A stretch of 64,000 nucleotides of DNA, taken from contig OZ024750.1 in the NCBI GenBank assembly GCA_964016885.1, positions 50,406,001 through 50,470,000 of the forward strand, written 5' to 3'. The translations under genes and the position numbers were made by a program. The first letter of the stretch is position 1; each line of letters begins with the position of its first letter. Shown in pieces: positions 56,991-64,000 of this stretch. The DNA comes from Eledone cirrhosa (Eukaryota). The notes under the pieces are model-generated. The model worked only from the letters and a program-made list of their open reading frames with translations. It was not told the DNA's origin and did no database searches.

Positions 56991-57660
56991 GCGGCCTACG
57001 TAGTAAATCGTATTATCGTGAGCTCCGCAAAGGTCTGTTATTTCCAGTTGTTTAAAATTGCCATTAATGGAAAATTGTTATTGTTAACTGTATATAAGTG
57101 CACATACATTGTTTTCTGAAAAGGACACTCAAAAGGATTGGGGCCTTGAGCCCAACATTTAAACTTTTATAATTATCAAAAAAAAAAAATTTCTTTGAAA
57201 AATCATGGCCTACTCACAGCTGAACCAAGTAGCTGAGAGCCTTCCTAACAAACTAACACCTCACACCGACACCACCATTGTAAATATCACTACGCTTGCC
57301 AACACTAATAATATAAGCAGTAGCAATATTTTAAATTTGTCTCAAGCAGACATCCTTTTCCCGCCATTACCAATGACTGCAGGTTTTAAAGCCGCCACCG
57401 CCACCACAACCACAGCGACAACAGAAACAAAAGAAAAAAATAAATTAACTCATGATATCGAAATGAATTCAACCAAAATGAACTCTTCCACCGACGCCAC
57501 CACCGACGTCACCACCACCACAACTGAAACTAAAATTAACAATAACAAAAATAACGATAACAACAACAGCAACAATGAAATTAAGAAAACAACCCTGAGT
57601 TTTGCCAGAGTAGCAAAACAGTGCGATGTATTCAAAGTTTGTTGAAATGAATATCAAGCC
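56991..57660 (+). mobile_element. Probable 5' UTR + N/T-rich ORF1 start of a Tx1-like LINE
   Basis: ORF 57205-57645 is Thr/Asn-rich and ends ..TTLSFARVAK, paralleling ..ATSFAGAAR of 58889-59428. Confidence 0.5.
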
Positions 57661-57669
57661 ACTACCTGC

Positions 57670-58365
57670 AGCCTTAGATATTCAGGACGTATTGGAGGGT
57701 TCTTGCTGTTCCCAGCAAGCATGCCTTTTGAAGTGTTCCAAAAAGCGGGGCGGGGCCAATTTTCTTTAACCATCCTTGGAAACTCTTTGAGATAGTACCT
57801 TTGACTTCATGGCAGTTCCAAATCCTATTTACCTCCCACGTTAAGTCCTGGTATCGGTTAATTTTCTCCTTCTCCTTCTCCTTCTCTTGCACTCACGTGT
57901 CGAATGGGCAGGCCACATCCACAATCAGGCACGACCTTTTTTCCTTGTCGAAAACCACCAGGTCAGGTCTATTGTGTTCCAGTTTCTTGTCCGTCTGTAT
58001 CCTAAAATCCCACAGCACCTTCACCTGATCGTTTTCTATCACCGACTCTGGCTTATGCTCATACCACTTCTCAGAATGTGTAAAATTGTTTACTTTGCAT
58101 AGGTGCCAGTGGATCACCCTGCCCATCACATCATGTCTCCAGGCTTTATAGTGAGTCTGGGCTAGTTTACACTCGGATACAATGTGAGCCACAGTTTCCT
58201 CTCTCTCTCCACAGATCCTACACAGTGGGCTAGCATCCTCCTTGTATATATGGTGTTTCAGCCACTTCGTTTTGAGGGCCTGCTCTTGCGCAGCCATTAG
58301 CATTCCTTCTGTAGCCTTTTTAAGGTCTCCTCTTTTTAAGGTCTCCTCTTTTCAACTGTGGACCT
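57670..58365 (-). mobile_element. R4/Dong-like element, CCHC + RLE fragment
   Basis: AAQEQAL..CRIC..ETVAHIVSEC..RHD..LWDF.IQTD..NRPDLVV..DVACP..KINRYQDL. Confidence 0.9.
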
Positions 58366-58396
58366 CTAATTTATTATTATTATTATTATTATTATT

Positions 58397-61300
58397 GAAG
58401 GTGAAGCCACGTTTCTTATCGGCTCCAATTGTTTCAACAGTTTACCTCGTTTTCAACCGTTCTTAACCTTTTATGCCATTTTAAAACTTGATAAGTGTTT
58501 AGAAGAAGTGACCGACCTAATACAGCGGTTCCCTCGTAAATAATACGGCACCCCTTTACGGGGTGTCGTATTGTGTAACAAATTATTTGAAAAAAAAAAT
58601 TCTTTCAACATGGATAACACAAGAAAGAGAGACGCGCTGTTAGACAAGACAGAGAGAGGAAGATTTTGTCAACATGTCAACAAAACAGCGTTCTAACGAA
58701 GGTAAATATAAAAGAAAATATTACGGAGGAAAAGAGAAACAATATCATTTTTAATGATATTGTTACATATTTAAAATTACCAAATATTACTAACACAATC
58801 AACACCAACATCAACACCAACAACAACACCATCAATAACAACAGTAACAACAAAAATAACAGCGGTAAGGTCGAGAACGACGATAACAATGACAATAACA
58901 ACAGCCATAACAACAATAAAAGGGGGAACAGTATCAACAAAAAAAAACAACACTGACAACAATAACAGCAACAACAGTACCAACGAAAACATCAACAATG
59001 ACATCAATACCAGTAACAACGATCTCAGTACCACCTGTAAGACCAGTAGTAGCAGCGATAGTGGTGCCGCTGAAAAGGGGGCCACTTCTTTTGCAGGTGC
59101 CGCACGAAATATCGAAACAGTGTTATTCACAGAGGAGGAGATGGCAGTCGCAATGGCCATGGTGACAAGAAGCGCCAATAGAGTCTCCCTGAAACCTCCA
59201 CCCGATTTTTTCAAGACTCAGCAGCTACGGACGGTGACTTACCTCACCGTAAGCAAAATGTCACATCGGGTGGAGAGAGCCACGGAGGCTCAAATCCAAA
59301 AGGCCTTGGCCCGTGTCTGGGCGCGCAAAACCCACATCACTCGAGGAAGAAAGTATGCCACAGTAGACGTACTTTTTCGCTACCACCCAAGAGGCGAAGT
59401 CCCACTCTTTGGAAACTCTAAAGAGTGAGGAGATAGTCTTGGTGCCCTCCTACTGCAGGCAGAAAATTGTGAGGGTCCCACCTGACGTGCCCATACCTTG
59501 GCTGGCCACGTCTGTGCTTGCTTGAATTGAGGTCAGGACGACCATGCTGCAAGTAGAAAAAAATAGGGAGAGAGAACTGGTCAGGTATAGGCATGCAAAT
59601 GCTTATACAAACTGACCAGGATTGTATCGACGCTCTCCCCGATATCATAGACCTAGAGGAAGGACTCCAACTCCCTATAAGCGTGGCGGGAGTCGGCCAA
59701 AATGTTATCTATGTTGGTCAAAGGGTCACCTCAGGGCCTTTTACCTGCAGAAGACAGCGAAGATGAACCCCCTATAACGTACGTATAAATGTACGTGGTC
59801 TAGGGTCATCTTGGAAGCAGGGCCACCAGCTTAACGATCTCAGGTCAGTAAACATAGATATGGTGGCCATCAGTGAGACCAGCATTTCTGAAGCACGAGA
59901 TTTCGCACCGAACCTCGGCGGCTACGATGTATACGCATCTCCCAGCCGTCCGGGAGAGGGGGGCGGAGTTGCTGTGCTTTTTCGGAGAGGCTTGGATGTC
60001 GCCATGCGGGCCATCTTCCTGGACCCAGATTGTAAGTTGGTGGTACTGGACATGACAGGCAGCGAAGGCAATGCTTTCAGGCTAGTAGCCGTCTATGCCC
60101 CAACCGGGGCAGAACGGCCAGATTTCTTCAGACGTCTAGAGACCTTTCTTGGAACGTCCCGCTCTTTAGTGTTAGTGGGTGACGCGCGTGCTCTAAGACA
60201 CGAGGGGACGAAAGGCGTTCAATGGGCCCCGGTGGCCGGGGCGCCACGTGGCAACGAGCCCACTATTCGGTCTTCGCCTGATCAAAACGGGCGCATGTTG
60301 TTCGATCCCGAGTAGATGTGTGCGGCTTTTCAAAAGCACTTTGCTCAATTGTTCAGGAGCGGCGGCGGACCGGATCGGAGTATGGACTTCGGTGCATATA
60401 TCGACGGACTGCCGCTGATCTCGACGATTGCAGCGTAGTGTTGTGAAAAGACGGTAACAGCAGGTGAAATACGGGAAGCAATGTCTGACTGCACGAGGGG
60501 TAAATGGCCAGGTTTACATGGTCTGCCCTACGAGATTTATGCGTATATGCCAGCCTTGTTCAGCGACCTCTTGGCAGAAGTCTACTGCAACTGGCAGCAG
60601 AAGGGAGCAGTCCCAGTTTTGTGAGCTGGGGAGCGGTGACGCTGTTGAGAAATTGAGAAAAGACCCGCACAAGGGGGACGTTAATGACAACTTAAGGCCC
60701 AAAACTCTGCTAAATGCAGAGTTTAAGATTTTGGCCAAGGAGTTAGCAAAGAGATTGGCGCTTGTCGTCGGTAATCTGGTGGGGGAGGTACACACACATG
60801 CGCCATTCCGGACAAATCCATCCACGACAACCTCCATCCAATGCGATATATCATGGAGAGTGTGATTAAGGAACCTGGCACGGGTTTGGCCCTGATCAAC
60901 TTGGATCAATCTGAAGCATTTGATAGGGTCGACCATCTGAACCTGGCTGCGGACCTCGAGAGGGGCCGGCCTCGGGCGCGTTTTTAAGGGTGGATCGCTG
61001 CGATGCACAGTGACATCTGCTCGAATTTGAGGGTGACTGGTCCCCTGTCGCACCCTCTCAGCATCATGCGCTCGTCCGTCAGAGTTGCCCCATCTCCTCT
61101 CTCTTGTACGTACTGCCCCTCGAGCCGTTACTGCGCAAATTGGAGACGATGAGGGGGGGTCGAAACGTGAAATGGGATGCGTGAGATCCGTGTCAGCTTA
61201 CGCCAACGACGTCACCGTGGTGGTATCGTGCACCAAACACGTCCGTTGCTCGGCACGGCTCTCAAGGAATAGGAAGCGCTGACAGGAGCAAAAATAAACC

Positions 61301-62823
61301 AGGAAAAGTCGGTGGTCTTGCAACTCGGCACCTCGAGAATAAAGACCATGCCGTCCGACAGCGTCGTGGGGCGCTGGACGGAAAGACCGGTTAAATTGCT
61401 CGGTGTCTGGTTGGTCCGGACCTCCAGACGTTGAAAAACAGGAGCGAGGTGACGAGTAGGGCAGCCTCTCTCACCCAGAAATGGGCCGAGAGGAGGCTGT
61501 CTCTGAAAGGTCGGGTGGAGGGGGAGAAAGCGTACATCGTGTCCGTCATTGACTACCGCCTGACCGTCGTACCTTGCCCCCGCCCAACTCTGACCAACAT
61601 GGCGCGCCTTCTCTTCCGCTTTTTGTGCAAGGGACATGCTCCCATGTTCAGGCGATCCATTTGCTGTCAACACCCGTTGCGTGGAGGATAAGCATGCCGT
61701 GGCTGATGATGCGCAAACATGCGCTGAGGCTGCAACATCTCCGGTGCTTCCTTGACGGTGAACAGGTGGTCGCCGTTTGCCAGACTCGTTTATCCCAATA
61801 TCGTCTCCGTGGCGGAGCTGCAGTCCTGGTTCAGGAAAAAACAGAGGGATACTGCTTGAAAGCTGGAATATCTCCAAGCGCTCACCGCTCTATACCAGCT
61901 GAGTACTAGTATCGGTGGAACATCCACCTCGAGGTCTATAGAGGGCTAGTGGAAGGACAGAGCGACGACGTTCTCGGGCAGACTCTGGGCGGCGTAGACG
62001 ATCAGCTGTTTGCTCTCTTCAAGAGAACTTTACGACCGGGGCCTATGGACAACTTTCAGAAATCCCTGGCCTGGCAGTGCTACCGGGGAGCGTTGCCGGT
62101 TCAGGATAAGCTCTACAGGTACGGAGGTGTTGTCAGCCGAGACTGTCCGAGATGCGCGCTGGGCGAGGAAACCGTCCTGGACGCCCTCATTCAGTGCCCG
62201 AGGATTGCTGACTTGTGGAGCTATTCTCGAACAGCTGCTTTCGCGTGTAGGACGGATCCGGTTATCGACTGAGTCCATTGTGCAGATAGCTCCGCTATCC
62301 TCCTTTAAAGAGGAGGTAGGACAGGCAGTTTTCATCTGCCTGGTGGCCATGGCGAAAGAGATTCTTTGGTGGACAATATTGAAAGGGTTGAAGACGGACA
62401 CTTTCCTCTTCGGCCAATCCCTGATTATCTTTTTCCAGTTTCACTTGAAGAGGAAAATCAGGGTGGTGAGGCAAGTTGTCTTCTAGTAAGTTTATTGAAA
62501 GGTGGGTGAAAGTTGCGATTCTGGTCCGAGTGAACGGGCCCGCTCTGACTATGCGCCTGTAGATGAGGAGTGGGAAAACTGAGAGGGCGCTTGCGCTGGA
62601 GGTTTTCGCCACGAGTGACCCTCGGGGGTTTCCCCCTTTTGGGGGAATTTTTGTTGTTTGATTTTTTTTTTTATTTCATTTTTTTTATTTCAATCTCGAT
62701 TTCTATCTTGTTATAACCTGTTTACACGACCAAAACCCATTTTGTATCTTCCTGTACTGTACTGTGCCGTCTCTAATGTTTTTCTTCATGTTAGCTCTTG
62801 TGGCCAATAAAGAAACCATTATT
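58397..62823 (+). mobile_element. Near full-length Tx1/L1-like LINE (ORF1 with zinc knuckle; ORF2 APE-RT-C-terminal Cys motif), decayed
   Basis: CYLCGSKGH (~59703), AISET..GGGVAVL..VAVYAP..LVGD, LDQSEAFDRVDH, SAYANDVTV, CPRC..ETVLDALIQCP; aataaa end. Confidence 0.92.
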
Positions 62824-63429
62824 GCATACACATACACCCACACACACACACACATACACCCACACACACACACATATATATATATATCTCTATATATATA
62901 TATATATATTATGTAGGGTGTATGAACATATGTATTCGTATATGGTGAACTGTATCAGAATTTGATTGTAAATTTATTAAAATTATATTCAGGTTTAAAA
63001 CGATAATGGCTGTATTTCATGACGCGTCACACATGCAATGTCATATGTTCCCATATGTTAACATAAAAAAACTCTCTTTTAACCGGAGCGACAACCATTT
63101 GCATTTAAATGAAGGCTAGGAGAAAAATTGCTGGTCGTCGTTGGTAAATAGTATTACAGAAATACGAGTGGAATGAAATGTCGTGTGTCGTATATCAGTG
63201 AAGCAACACAGATAGAGGTTTAATTATATAGATCCCTGTAAGATTTTATTGATTATAAGATATATAGATGGAAAGAATAGAAAGGGAAATACATTATTCC
63301 AAAGAACGATGCAAAAAATAGTTCTGTCATATATATATTATACATATATATGCGTGTGTGTGTGTAAGTATATATATTTATGCATATATATATATATACT
63401 TATATATATATATATTTACACACACACAT

Positions 63430-63478
<49 letters not shown>

Positions 63479-64000
63479 ATATATGTATATATATTTATAT
63501 ATAAATTACTTTATTCTATTTGACATCGCTTACTACTACTTGTATCTTTCCCAAAGCTATTGCTCATATCTGAGAATATAATGACTATTCCAGTAGTGAT
63601 GAGTTTGTTTTTCCTTTTTTCAAAATTATCTAAGATCATAATATTTTCTTATATGGGAAAGGAACATTTTAATTGAAGTATATATTAGAAATCCGTATTT
63701 CATATTAAAAAAAAACATTTTTTGTACATTTTTGTGTATACATCCAAATTTATGTTTCAGAAATTTTTTTTCACTGGGCGGTATATTTGCTAAGTATTAA
63801 ATTCAGTGAAAAAAATTCCTTCTAGCTCCATGAAAAAATATTCTTAACATCCATTTCTCAACTGCAACGAACGTACGTATATTAAATTAAATTTTCTTTC
63901 CTTTCGAATTTTTTTAGTAATAATTCTCAATTCTCATAAGATATTACTTCTAGCAAGGTAACGTGTTTTATTTTTATTTATTTCATGTTAGATTTAAACT

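Overview
AT-rich eukaryotic genomic DNA, most likely a coleoid cephalopod (octopus-type tRNA-derived SINEs, dense (TA)n/(CA)n/(GA)n microsatellites). No intact host protein-coding gene is supportable; nearly all short ORFs in the track are microsatellite read-throughs or decayed transposon frames. The window is a retroelement graveyard: RTE-type LINEs, Tx1/L1-like LINEs, R4/Dong-like and HERO-like RLE elements, Penelope-like (GIY-YIG) fragments, SINEs, MITEs, a probable Helitron and Gypsy traces, plus a 1.5 kb 21-bp minisatellite that is open as a PTS/mucin-like frame on the minus strand. The most striking hidden signal is about 20 type I hammerhead-ribozyme (HHR) motifs (stem I-CUGANGA-stem II-GAAA-palindromic stem III-UH-stem I), read by eye on both strands. 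They sit in short non-coding elements, mostly embedded in (TA)n tracts, arranged as foldbacks or as 310-444 bp tandem units. This looks like a multi-family Penelope-pLTR/retrozyme-like system with predicted self-cleaved or circular monomers, a U3:A8 covariant core and large loop-II variants. All calls are by-eye; no searches were run.
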